Shown here: positions 11,645-24,460 of the stretch, in pieces | How positions within the stretch are numbered: the stretch's first letter is position 1 | How the letters are laid out: each line of letters starts with the position of its first letter | Source of the DNA: Lama guanicoe | Taxonomy: Eukaryota | Reading direction: 5' to 3' | DNA length: 64,000 nucleotides | Assembly (NCBI GenBank): GCA_013239625.1 | Contig: MU054925.1 | Span: 8,622,018 to 8,686,017 of the forward strand | The notes under the pieces: generated by a model | Databases searched by the model: none | What the model was told of the DNA's origin: nothing | The model's input: the letters and a program-made list of their open reading frames with translations, nothing else | Position numbers and translations under genes: made by a program

Positions 11645-14600
11645 GATTTTTAGTCCTTTTTCCAGTGAAGTATATATAACACATACAGAAAAGTGCGTCT
11701 ATGGTTGACGCACAGAATTAATGCAAAGCGAACACCTATCTTCCCATCGCCCGTGACGAGGAATAGAACATGGCCAGGCCCTCCCAGCCCAAACGCCCCT
11801 CCCCAGTCGCAGGCTGCTTCCTGCCTCCCCCACGAAGGTGACCACGGGGCTGATTTCACGGTGATGCTTCCTTGCTGTCTTTTATAATTGCATCCTCTAA
11901 ATGACTCTATCTCTAAAGCCATAATTTAGTTTTGCTCGTTTTTGAACTTTGAATGCAGTCACACAGTGTGCACTCTTCTGTGTTCCTTTTGTTCCACATC
12001 CTTGCAAACACTTGATGTTGTCCGTCTCTTGAAATTTTGACTGTGGTGGTGGGTATACATAGTGGTGTTTCATTGTGTTTGACTAAATGATGACTTAAGA
12101 TTATTGGCCATTTAAAGAACTATTTTTTTATGAAGTGCCTTTTGTATTTTCTACTGGCCGGTTGACTTTTTCTTATTGGCTTATAATTTTTTTTCTTTTT
12201 CTTTTCTTTAAAAAATTATCTCCTGGATACTGATGCTTCATTGGTTATGTATGTGGCAAATACCTTCTCTCTCTCAGTGTCTTGTCTTTCTCTTCCTTTC
12301 TCATAATGGTGTTTTGGATAAACAATTTCTTCATTTGAATGTAGTCCAACGTACCAATTGTTTATAATAGAATGCTTTCATGTCTTTTTATTTTAAGTCT
12401 TTCCCTCTGGCAAGATCATGACAATATTCTCCTATAGTCCCTTCTAAAAACTTCAGCTCTTGAATTATAATCCACCTGGAACTGACTTTTGTGTATGGTG
12501 TGTGGTAGGGTGTTGTTGCATTAGTTTTCTACACAGATATCCAATTTTTCTGGAACCTTTTACTGAAAAGACTTTTCTCTCTGCATAGTTCTGTGATGTT
12601 TTTATCATAAATCAAGTGTTCATATATGCCTGGGTCTGTTTGTGGGCTCTCTGTTTTGTTCCATCAGTCTATTCATCCTTTTACCAATGCCATGCTCTTA
12701 AATTTTGTAGCCTTGTAATAAGTCAGTGTCTTTAGAGTAAGCCCTCCTATGCTTCTGTCTTGTTCTTTCAATAGTCTCCGGCTACGTTTCGGTAAGCAGT
12801 TTAGAATCAATTTTTCAGTTTTTACAAAAAAACCCCCCCCAAAACCCACCAAGAACAAAAACTATGGGAATTTTGATATATTATTGAATTTGTAGGTAAA
12901 TCTGAAAAGAACTGAGTCTATAAAATTGAATCACTCATCCCTCCATTTATTTAATTCCTTTTTAATGCCTCGTAGTAACATTTTATAGTGTTCTGTCTAG
13001 AAACTTGCATAGCTTTAATTATTCCTTGGCATTTGATTTCTGATGTTAACAGAAGCTAACTTTTAATTTTTTCATATACTAACTGTGTGGCTACTAGGGA
13101 CTGTTTGCTCCCCCCACCATCCACGTGTTGCAGCCCTCACCCCGAGGGTGATAGTAATAGGAGGTGTGGCCTCCAGGAGGTAGCCAGGTTTAGATGAGGT
13201 CATGAGGGTAGAGGCCCCATCGTGGGATTAGTGTCCTTATGAGAAGAGTGAGATTAAAGTTCACTCTCTCTTCTCCAGACGAGCACATAGTGAGAAGGTG
13301 GCTGGGGACAAGCCAGGAAAAGTGCTTTTGCCAGAGGGCAACCATGTTGGTACCTTTATCTTAAACGTCCAGCCTCCAGAAGTGTGAGACAGAAATTTCT
13401 GTTTTCAAGCTTCCCAGTCTGTGGTGGTTTATTCTGGCAGCCCGAGCTCAGACAGTGGCTGAGAAATTCAAAACTTACACATGTTGATCTTATATTCAGA
13501 GGCCTTGCTGAGCTTACTAATTCTCATTGTTTCTCAGTAGATTCTTTTGAATTTTCTGCATGCATCATATTGTCTGCAGATAATGACAGTTTCATTCCTT
13601 CCTTGCTAATCCTCCTTATTTCTTATTCTTGCCTCGCTGCGTTCGCTGGGACCTTGCGTAGACTGTGAAGTAGCAGGGCTAATAGTCAGTATTCCTGTCT
13701 CATCTACAATCTCAGACGTATAGCGTTCAACATTTCGCCCTTCAGGCTATATCCCTTCCTAGCTCAAGGTTTTCTAGAACTGTTACATTTATTAAGTTGG
13801 ATGCTGAATTTGATCAGCATTTTCTTCAGCATCTACTGGGACAGCCCTATCATTTAGCCTTGATTAGTCTGGTGACAGACCTAAGATGAGTCTGACGCGA
13901 AACTGATGTTGCACCAGTCATAACGTGTTACCCTTTTCATAGATCGTGCGTGCGCACATGCGCGCACACACACGCACAATCTGTTTGTCTACCTCTCGGG
14001 TATCTTTTAGGACCTCGGCATCTCTGCTTTCAGGTACAGTTAGTATGTAGATTTCCTTTATGTTCTTGTCAGGTTCACGTGTAAGGCAACTCAACTCACA
14101 CAACTAACTGAGAAGTGGGAGAGGTTTTTTTTCCCCCCTTTGGCCGAATTTGTTCCACTAGTCATAAGATTCTTACTAAGAATCTTACTCAGACTCTTGT
14201 TTCTTAACTGTGTGGTAGAATTCATCAGTGAAGCTATCTGGGCCTGACCTCTGCTTTGTGAGAAGGGTTTTAATTCAGGTTGGCGTTGTTTAATAGTGAT
14301 CAAATCACTCATATTTTGTTTTTCACTGTATGTCAGTTTGGGTAAACTGCATTTTTTCCCTAGACATATGAATTTAATACCAATTTTCAAATTTATTGGT
14401 CTAAAATTATTCATTATATGCTCTTCTCCTTTTTAATGACTACAATATCCAGAAAGATGTTTAGCATGTTAACTTTAAGCTTTTATTTTCTTCCAATAAA
14501 TGCATATGAGTCATAATGAAAGGTAAATTACCCTCTAAACACACCTTTAGTTGCAGGCACAAGTTTTTGTTGTCTTCATTCAGTTCAAAATCGTTTCCAA

Positions 14601-15950
14601 TTTCCACTTGATTTCTTCTTTAGAATTCCTTGTGTCTGAGCCTGCTGGTGATGAATTCTCTCAGTGTTTGTCAGAAACTGTTTATTTGACCTTCATTCTA
14701 TAGAACATGTGACTGAGTATGGAAGCTGTTTTCCGTCAGCTCCTTAGAGACGTCATTCCATGGTCTTCTGATTTTTCTGTTGTTGCCGCCTTTGGTCTAA
14801 TTATTACTCCTATAAAAGTAAGTTACTTTTTAATATTTTTTTGCCTCCACGTTATCAAATCTGACAAATTACTCCTTGGATTCAATTTTCTGTAGTTTTA
14901 GCATGACGTACGTAAGTGCACATTCTGGAACCCTCCACCCTGGCTTTGGCATGTTCTTGAATTTTTGGATTATCCTTTTTGGTGTATCTTTCACTCGGAC
15001 TCTGTTTTGGACGTGTGCATAATCCTCTATTAGCCTTTCTCGCTATACTCTGTGTCTTCTGACCTCTCATATTTTCCCCCTCTCCCTTCATAGGTCATTC
15101 TGAGTATTTTCACATGGTTCATCTTGAAGTTCACTAATTCTCTTTTTGCTTATAAGAAACATGCTGCTAAATTCATCCATTCATTGGGTTATTGTATTTT
15201 TCAGGTCTGGAATTTCTGTTTGTTTCTTTTTCATATCATCTCTATATTTTTAATAGATTCCAGCTCTCTGCTGAATTTAAAAAAAAAATCTAGTCTTTTC
15301 TATCCAGAAACAAAGTAAGCCTAAGTTATTTTAATGGCTGTGTCTGGTGATTCTAACCTTATTTATATGGACTCGTCTCCTCATATGCTGTATGGGGGTG
15401 TGTGTGTACGTATGCACACTTATGTCTATTAGAAAAAAAATTACTTGTAGAAATAAATTAAGGTCTTGGGTGGTCTTATTTTCTTCCAGAGGTTATTTTT
15501 TAATTTGCTGCTTCCAGGAACCCAAAGGGACTAGCAATTTACAATCACCTTAATTCAATTTCTGGGACTGAGACTTTCTCAACTGCCCAGATGATCTGAA
15601 ATTGGGCTGCAGTTGACCAGGGCTGGTCTCCCTTTCCCAGACCTTCACAGTCCTACACAGGACTGGGAGGTTTAGAAAGGGTTGTGCCATCGGCAACCCC
15701 GCTCTGACTGCTGTCGCTGCATCTCCTCTCTGACACTCACAGGTGCCCTCCCGGGAAAGGCGACCAACCCTTCATGCCGGGCTCCTCTCTCTGCCTTTCT
15801 GTCCTTTGCTGGAATCTTGACCCCGTCATCTTTCGCTACCTTGTTACCTTTAACAGATGTTTTCTTATATTCTGTACAATTTTTCTAGTTGAACACAGTG
15901 GGGAGGTTGATTCAAATTATCTGCTCTGTTAGTAATAGAAGCAGAAGGCA
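11645..15950 (-). mobile_element. Ancient L1M (L1ME-like) LINE-1, decayed, internally deleted, interrupted by an MLT1A LTR
   Basis: T-rich reverse L1. 3'UTR-like part at about 11650-12000; ORF2-like 'taatccacctggaactgacttttgtgtatggtgtgtggtaggg', 'ctcagtagattcttttgaattttctgcatgc' and 'tggtagaattcatcagtgaagctatctgggcctg'; ORF1-like 'gctggtgatgaattctctcagtg'; 5'-end-like 'ggaggttgattcaaattatctgctctgttagtaatagaagcagaagg'. No intact ORF. Confidence 0.75.
13092..13454 (+). mobile_element. MaLR MLT1A-type solo LTR with perfect 5-bp target-site duplication GTGGC
   Basis: 'aggtttagatgaggtcatgagggtagaggccccatcgtgggattagtgtccttatgagaagag' and 'ccagcctccagaagtgtgagacagaaatttctgttttcaagc'; ends 'gcagcccgagctcagaca'; GTGGC at 13087-13091 and 13455-13459. 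Confidence 0.9.
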
Positions 15951-16254
15951 TGCTTCCTTTTCAAACAGTCTGAAAACATCCTGCCCTCCAGGTTTCACTC
16001 TTTAATTACTGTTTGAAGTAATTCCTCATAACTTGAACATCACCATAATTTATTATCTTTAAAATATAATAGAAGTCAGAGGGCAAATAATGAATCTACA
16101 CATTGGCATAGCTAATGGACGCACAGTCCCCACGGCTCACCATTCAGTGTAGACTGCAGGTAGCAGAGCATTCTGAGATGTCTTTTGGATTGTCACAGAA
16201 GTACTGAATCCAGAAGGAGCACAACCTAGAGCTGCTTTTGCTAGCCTTATTTTC

Positions 16255-16400
16255 TACCTGTTGTTTTGTCATCCTTATAATAACTCTGGGATAGAATTAA
16301 AACACTTTCCATCGCAGTAATTCAGAGATAGGGAAAGTGAGGTACAAAGAGTGATGGATGTGTCCAAGTTCAGAGAGTAAGTTTAATGGCATTGTGGATG
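16255..16400 (-). mobile_element. MIR SINE fragment
   Basis: 'atccttataataactctgggatag...ttcagagatagggaaagtgaggtacaaagagtgatggatgtgtccaagttcagagagtaagt'. Confidence 0.6.
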
Positions 16401-19400
16401 GGGAGTCACCTAAAATTATTTAAAGATGGGTAGCGAGATGGGTAGACAATGGAGACACCATTCTTAGGAGACTGCAGAATGTCTTTTCATACCTTCCTGT
16501 GCTGGTGGATATGCCTGGTGCTTAGGACAAGTGACTGAAAAATAGATTTCACTTTTTCTGGGGGGTGGTTGGAGGGCTGGGCCATAGTATTCGCAGAACT
16601 GTCATGTTTCACTTACAGGCCCTTTCTTTTCAAAGCACGTTTGGGAGAGTCAGTGTAAAGCTCACGACAAGCAGTTGCGTTAGAGGAAGTGTTACCCGCC
16701 GTCTGACTTTCTTCTCCTGACTCCAGGTCATTTACGTGGGGCTGCAGTAGGGGCGCAAGGCTTGCCCTATGATAGGGTTGCAAAGTGGCCATAGTGAACT
16801 GAAATAGCTCCATGCGCTGGGCTCTGGGGGACACGGAGGGAGTGGCAGGTACAGGAGGGTAAAGGCAGGGCCCCAGGAGGGCTTCCCCAGCGCTCTCCGT
16901 GCCTGTCTTTGTACGGCCGCTGCCCTCACCCGAGGACACGTGCGGCATTACTTGAAGGAGACAGGAGGGGAAAAGAGGAAGAAGAGCGGGCACATGGCAT
17001 CAAACTGGGCTGGGCTCTCATTTTGCTAACACCCCTGAGACAAGCAGTCCCCGTGGGACATTGTAATTGTCTAAATGTCCTCTCCCACTACCCTCTCTTC
17101 CCTCCATTTTTCTGGACTTGACTTTAATTAAAAAGACACAGACTCCACTGCTCCTACCATTCATCACCAGTTAGAGGCTGTAGAACACCCTGCAGTGTCT
17201 TTTGGATCATCAGAACCAGAAGGAGCACAACTGAGAGCTGCTGTTGCTAGCGCAGCCTGGATTGATTGGTTGAGTGCCCACATGATGTATGTCCCTGGAA
17301 TCTCAAAATAATGGAGCACGTACTATGTAGGACGTGGCTGAGGGACATTTTAGGCATAGGGTGGAGTGAACTGCATAAATATTAGCTATTAAGTGATGAG
17401 TCAAAGATTATTAATGTGAATTTTCATAGCCCTTCTTCATCTTCACCTCCCATGACCTCTAGGAGACTATTCCCCGCCTTCCTTTCTGGCAGAGACAAAG
17501 ACAGAATGAGAAAAGTAGAAGAGGACCACACAGGGTGGGAGAAGCAAGGAGGGAAAGAGGAAGAGTCTTCGGAGTGGGTAGAAATGTCTAGGCTTTTGCC
17601 CCAGAAGGGTGGAGGTGAGGATGAAGACGATGGTCGTGCTAGGCTTCATGATTTTGCAGGATGCAGGTAAAACTGAAAACTTTAAAAAGTTACTCCTGGC
17701 ATTTGGACTGCACTCTTCTGCAAAAGACTCTGTGCTGAGGGGTTACAGATTTCTGAGGTTCAGGAGGGTTAAAGTTACCTCCGGGACACTGGTCACGTCT
17801 GCGACCAGTGGAGCCACAGCTCAGTGGAGCAGCCCTGGAGCTTGCTTGGCCATGAGTGGCCTGTGGACTCTTCTGCCTGAACTACTGGGTGCATGTGAGA
17901 GAAAGCTGGACCTTGGTGAAACATTTAGAAAAGAAAAAGTCACTTTGGAGTCATGGGGTGGACTTACTCAATGTTTATAAAGGGAGGTTTTCAAAGCCTA
18001 GCTGAATGGTTAGTCTTGGGGTTATGATGAATGATTTAATGGGACACTAGATTTGACTACTTCTAAAGTCTCTCTGAGTGTGTGGTCCTCTGTCCCACTG
18101 TAGGCCCTGGGGACCTGATTTATATTTCTCTAATGCCACTCATTGAGCTTTTAATTCCTTCCTACTGAAATATGGTTCTAGAAACATAGTCTGCACAGAA
18201 CGAGGGGAGACGAAGCATAATCCGGTAGGAATATGGACTGGAGAGGGAAGAAAAGCAAACTAAAATATCTTTTCTTGCTTTATTTAAGATGATGGGCCCT
18301 TCATGTGGCAAAGCGCTCTGGAACATACTGAAGTATCTCTAGCCGTAAACAAGGGCGGGGCCCCTCCTGTGCTGAGGACAACCTTTTATTGTATCAGCGT
18401 GGCGGTGGGTTGCAGGAGCGCTGGCAAACCCTTTCAGCGGTTTGGATGACACCCTCACATGGGGATGACCTGGTGGGTTTAGGACTGAGCTGGCCAAGGA
18501 GCTGAAGGTAACCCTTGTCTCCCCCAAGAAAACATGAGTCCTACGATCTGCAACTTGAGCCTTTCTCATCAGAGGCTGCTGTGCTGAGAGTAGACCTTCT
18601 CTGAGAAGGGTGAGCTTTTTCCAGGCTGGTGGGGCAGATTTCAAAAGGTACAATTCTGTGACCCAAATGTGCGCTCAATAAGTAAACCCGTAAACCTCGA
18701 CTACCCGTGGTAGTGGTATGTGTGGTCCAGTGGCTGAAATTATGGTGATTTTTCAAAAATGCCAGTGTCAAAATTTTGCCTTGGGAGTATATCTGGAACT
18801 ACTAATAATGCTGTTTTGGGCTGACTCAGTGGCTTTCAAATTGCACAGCTCTGTTATGAGTAAATGAGAGGCAACCAATTATCTATAAGATAATGGCAGG
18901 CACGGAGGAGCATGTGATGAATTACAGATGAACCTGCTGACACAGCAGGGTGTGGAGACCTGCTCCGCTCTGGCTTTCTCTCCAAGTTAGGGGCAATGCT
19001 TGCCCAGTTTATAAACAACACAGCCCACTCCATTCCAACATGGGGTGGGAGTGGGAGATGATGATAAACTTGGGTTGGCCGCCTCTACATACCCAAGTGT
19101 TAAACATCTAAATAAAGACCACTAGGTTCCAAGAAGGGTGCAAGGTGAGATAAGAAATGCAGCTCCTCTGTCATCTAAGGTGGTTTAGAACAGAGACGAA
19201 AAGAGCCATGGAAGGCAGATGGTGAATTCCTGGAACCGAAGGATCGCTGAGCTCCTCAGGGTCCTTTCATGTCAAGAGTGAGCCTCAGCTTCATTCAGCA
19301 GCCTTTGGGCTGGTGCTGTTTCCTGTGCGTGGTGAAGGCGTCGTCTGAGTTTTACTGTTGTTGAAGCAACCGCAATTCAGAGTCATTTTCTGCTCAGCTA

Positions 19401-20804
19401 AAGATTCAGAGAGAGGCCAAAATACCCCACAGAGTTATGTGGAAAGATCAGGAGAATCCTTCTATACAGCTAAGCGAAATATTGGTGCGTGATGGCTTCA
19501 AGAGGTGGAGGAAACACTGTCCAGTTTGGGAACGTGCATCTCTGTGGCCCCATGGCAGTCTTGCCGTGCTGAGGATTTAACTGGGTTTATACGTGAGGAA
19601 GCCGTAGAACGGGCCTCACTACCTACAGAGGGGCGGCTAGGTCTCTTCACACAGAACGTGCAGCAGAGAGCCGCTCTCGGCCTACTTCAGTTCCTTTTCC
19701 TGGATAGGGCAGCTCTGGGCAGCAGCTGCCCCTTCTGCTGTGCACTTCAGGTGGATGAATGGCAAACGAACAGATGAGATCAGCCCGGAGACCGAGCGTG
19801 CCTGTGGGAGGCAGTGGGGTGCCGCGCCTGCAGCCCTTCATCCAGGCACCAGAGAGCAGCCTCTCACCCCCAGGGGAGCTCACTCCGGGCTCCCCCATGT
19901 GCTTATGTTCTCCACGGGCCAGGTGAGAGGCCTGGGGAGCCCTGGGGTAAGGGCTGGGGCAGGTCTGGAGTTTGCTTGGTCAGGGTTTGCATTCTGACTT
20001 CCACTGCTGTTTTCCAGAGATGGGCATCACTGGCCTGTTTAAGATCATTTTAGCTGATCTGCATGGACTCCCTCTGTAGGTAGTTCTCCTTTAATCCTTT
20101 TCAATAGGGAAATGGAGGGTCTTGGTTTGGTGCCAGAGTAAGACACCTCTCTAGAGACGAGCAGCCTCTCTCTTTTAACAAAGAAGAGCATGAACCTCAG
20201 TCCTGACGGCTACGGCCGAGCAGCGATGCAGAGCTGCAAGTTATCAGCGCTGTGTTTCTACTTCTTTTTATGCTTAACTTCTAATTAGAAGTAATACTCA
20301 TTTCTCATTGAGGATAAGATACAAAGTTTAAGATCGATGAGCTGAAGTTGTAAGAGTGAGCTGGATAAGTAAGAAGTGGTGCACAAAGTTGGGAAAAATC
20401 AGGACGAAATGGGAATAAATGATACTTGGGAAACACTGCGCCTGCCCCAGGTCCTGTGACTTAGGCCAATGGTCAGGTGGTGGAGAAAAGCGGGCAGGCA
20501 GCCCAGCCAGAATCAATCAGGTGGTGAAGGTTCAGTCCATCTGGGTTCCTGTGGCCTGGCTGCAATGTGGCTGGCGAGGGAGGCAGGTGCTGGACAGGGT
20601 GGCCCTGACGGGGCTGGCATGGAAGTCTTGCAGGGCACAGAAGGCCTCACGGTGGAACCAGGGAGGCCAGCAGACCAGGGGAAGAGGCCAAAGAGGCCGT
20701 TCAGAAGATGCAAGGGGAGCTGGGAGAGGGTGGGGGTGTCGGCTGGGGACGGGAGCTCTTGGCAGCAAGGTGGGTGGTGAGAGAAAGAGAATGGAGCTTG
20801 GTGG

Positions 20805-21010
20805 CGGGGGGCTGTCTAGATTCCAGTCTGCACTCCATCTGCACTCCATCACTTACTATTTATTTTGGAATACCACTTTATATCACTGAGTCTCCGTTTT
20901 TTCATCACCTGCAACATGGGGCAATAACTTCTCAGCAATGTTGGCAAGAGTTAGCAATTCCGGGGCTGAGCCCCACGGTATCCGCCTGTGTGCACATTAT
21001 GAAGTGTGCA
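20805..21010 (+). mobile_element. MIR SINE fragment (preceded by a probable reverse L2 remnant at about 20480-20800)
   Basis: 'tcactgagtctccgttttttcatcacctgcaacatggggcaataacttctcagcaatgttggcaagagttagc'. Confidence 0.55.
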
Positions 21011-22473
21011 GTCCTGGAGAATGAGCAATACCAGGGTCCGTAAAGACTGCCTTGCTGCTGAGGGGTAGTCAGGAAAGCATGGAGAGGCCAAGTTCATCTG
21101 AATAATATTGTAAGTCTAGGTATGTGCCTAGCTTGCATGACAGCCCTATTTATTAACACATTTCAGAAAAGTCCATGAACCCGTTGACACTGTGGAAACA
21201 TTTGGGGCATAGGTGCATTTTGAAGAGGGAGGAGAGTGGGTATCAAAGAACCAGGTGGACCAACCCAATGACCAGGTTTCCCAAAAGGAACATTTCCCTT
21301 TCCGTTTGTCTCCAAGGAGAGCCGTAAATAGTTCCCTCATGCTACGGGGGGTGGGGGTGCTCCAGGCCAGCCCTAGGACCCTCCCCTGCGTTTAGGGCCC
21401 TCACTTCCAGGTTGCGAGCTGTGAACTCTTAGGCCTCCTGCTCTCACGTCCCACGTCTGACTGCTGGGAAAACTGTAGGTGATTTTTTCTGTCTGTAGCC
21501 AAAGACCCTTAAAGAAAGACTCTAATGTTAGTTCATTAAAAACCCACAGGCGCCCTGACAATGGTCTGTAGAACAAGATGAGGTGGATGTCTTTCTGGGA
21601 AGACTGAGAAGGCAAGTTCATTTACTTGGAAGACAGGAGACGTTCGGCCTCAAGGCAAGAGAGAAGCAAAAGCTGACAAAGCAAACCCTGCAGGACACTC
21701 GGGTAAGAAGTTCCAATTCTCAAACTGTCTTGAGAGCACACTGTGAGACAGAATCCTACCATTCAGCAAGCCCCAGGGAGAAGCCTAGAGCTTCCTCGCC
21801 TCTCCCTGAAAGTACCCATCACATAAAAAGCCAAAGAAAGGGAGAAATTCAGTCTGTGAAGCTGAGTCTGAATTCAGCCTATGAGTCTGAAGAATGGTGA
21901 CCCCATTTGAACAGGCTGGCTTTGGGAAGAGGGGAAGGGAAGGAGGGGGACAGCAGTGAAAAAGGTTAAAAATAAAATATCAAAGACAGCTACCGCTAGG
22001 CTACCATGTCCCTCTAGGCGTCTGAGTGCAGAGCTGACAAACCAATCACAGGGAAAGAAACAGCTTTCCAGAAGCAAGGGCCTGAGCACAACAGCACAGC
22101 TGACAGAAATGGGGGAGAGGTCGCTGATACTGGGTCTTTAAGTAACTAGAATGCTTGGAGGAGGAGGATGGGGAAAGAAATACACAATTATGTTAAACTA
22201 ACCAAAATAGACTTACATTCCAAAGTTGAAAACAGAACAGGACAACGAATGTGTTTTCTAGCTAAGTATCATGATCTCTAAGTCGTGGATATAATTTGGT
22301 ATAATTCAGTTGTCAGCAGTATTTGTTCACTAACTGCCTTTTTAATTTGCATATGATCTACTTTGGTTGCTTATAGTATAAACACATTTACACAGGCCCA
22401 ATGAAGCAGACGAAAGAAATGATTTAAAGAGGATCTTTTTCTGGGGTCCATCATCCCGAAGGAGGTTTATTAA

Positions 22474-22573
22474 TAGGGTTGCCCAATGAACTACAGGACA
22501 CCAGTGACATTTGAATTTCAGATAAACAACAGATTCTAGTCAAGATATGCCCCAATATTTCATGGAAACCCTG
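22474..22573. mobile_element. hAT MER53-like MITE, internally deleted
   Basis: 'tagggttgcc...tacaggacaccagtgacatttgaatttcagataaacaac...tggaaaccctg'; both TIR-like ends present. Confidence 0.75.
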
Positions 22574-23884
22574 TTAGTAAATTTCAGGAGATGGATGTAC
22601 CCCTTGACATTGTGTAAGAATTTGGAACTGAGATTGGCTATAGCTTTCCACCGGAGTCTTAAACCTGTGCTCTCCCAACAGTTAAACATCATTAATGCAA
22701 AGAGATAATTCTCTCCTGTCTGACCTTTCCCTGCGGCCTGGGCTTCCTCGCAGCCAAAGGGAAAGGGAAGCACAGAGGCGGCGTACCAGACAGCAGCGGG
22801 GAGAGGAGGCCCAAGGCGCAGCAGGGTCTGCCTGTGGGGTCATGCTGGTTCGCAGAGCCTTGCCCCCAACAGAGGGATCCGAGACTTGAGCCCAAGGGCA
22901 GCGTGACTCCCTCAACGGGCTTTAATTTTCTAATTGATCAGGTTTTTGTTATTAACGGTCTCCAGCTGCTGGGTGGAGACTGGACTGTGGAGGGCAGGGA
23001 CTGAGGGGAAGAGGGCCTGGGGCGGGCTGGAAGGTAGGCAGCAGACAGGAGAGAAGGGGGCATGCAGATGGGAAGAGGAGCCCGGAGGGTGAGTGAGTGC
23101 CTCGAAGGTCGAGGACCTCTCCCCTCTGGCTTCCACGTCTTCTTCCTGAGTGCAGCTGCTTTGCTGTGTCCCATGCTGGGCAGGGAGCACCCCTCCTGTG
23201 TGAGGCCCTGGGAGGCTCTGAGCAACGCCGCAGGAAGTGCACATCCTTACCTGCATCACTGGAAGTAGACCCGCAGCGCTGCAGCTTCTGCGGCCATCTC
23301 CTCCTCCGATCTCCACAAGGTGGGGGAGTCCTCCTCCTCTTTGTCATGTTTCTGGAGCTTTGGAGGAAAAAACAGAAAAGGCTCATTACAGGGTCCTTGG
23401 CACAAGTGTTGTGGGGGTAGCTGAACAGAATTCGAAAATCAGAGGCCAGGAGACACGTGTCTGTTCATTGTATTCGTTGTCAAAATTTGAAAATGGGAAG
23501 GTTTGGGGCAAAAATTGACATTTTCAGCTTTTGTAATACAGTAACCAGATTGTAGGCTACACTGCGGTCCGTTCACCGACCCCCACCCAGTGCCTGTTGA
23601 AGGTGGGGTTGGGGCTCACAGACTGCAGGGCATCCCCGCCACCCTCTACTGTTAGGCTTGGCCCATGTCATCCATTCATTTCACTTCCCAGACCCTGAAG
23701 GCAGAGTTCGCTGCCGACCTACCCGTCAGTCCCCAGGCCGCCTGAGCTTCACCTGCTCCGCTCTGCGGCGTAGCCTCTCTCAAAGGAGCCCAAGGTCATT
23801 TATGATAATAATACAAGGGCCGTTGAGTACCAAGTAATTAATAAGAGTATATGCTTTAAAAGAAGCTCCAAGCAGGCAAACAGT

Positions 23885-23923
23885 AAAAATAATAAATAAA
23901 TAAATAAATAAATAAAATAAAAT
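23885..23923 (+). repeat. (TAAA)n microsatellite
   Basis: aaaaataataaataaataaataaataaataaaataaaat. Confidence 0.9.
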
Positions 23924-24309
23924 ATCATAACGATGGGTCTTAGTCACTTTAGAATCCTTTTCAGATACCCATATTTATGTAAAACAATATGTATATGTCT
24001 CAGATTTACATATAGAGTGAATAAAATTTCACTCATATCAGAGAGAGGATGTTCTCAGAACTCCCCTCATTAGAAGAGCTCAATTTTCTCCCCCTCCAGT
24101 CTCCTACAGCAATTCAGTCTTAGTAACTAAATTTGTTACTGCTGTGTGTGGCTCTAGACGCTGTAAAATGCTAAAGGTATAAATTCTTTACAAGAGGTGC
24201 AATGTAAGTATTTCGTGTTAAGTCATTTCAGGAGATTAAGGCAAACTATTTACTAGCACCAATGAGAGCCAGTATTTGTGATGCAAAGGGCAGTTTCCTC
24301 TTTGTGTAT

Positions 24310-24460
24310 CACCATTCCTTCCTGCATCATTTCACTGGATCCTCACAACAGCCCATCCACAAGGCAGGTGCTACTCTGCACCATCTTACCAGGGAGAAAT
24401 GGAGGTTACAGGCAAATTACTCACCTGACAGAGACCACCCAGCAAGGGAGCAATAGTGAG
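24310..24460 (-). mobile_element. MIR SINE fragment
   Basis: 'tgcatcatttcactggatcctcacaacagcccat...ccatcttaccagggagaaatggaggttacag'. Confidence 0.65.

Noticed and set aside
13946-13978. Alternating purine-pyrimidine tract (also at about 63463-63486)
   Set aside because: Short degenerate (CA)/(CG) microsatellite; Z-DNA potential only, not an exact NRF1 site
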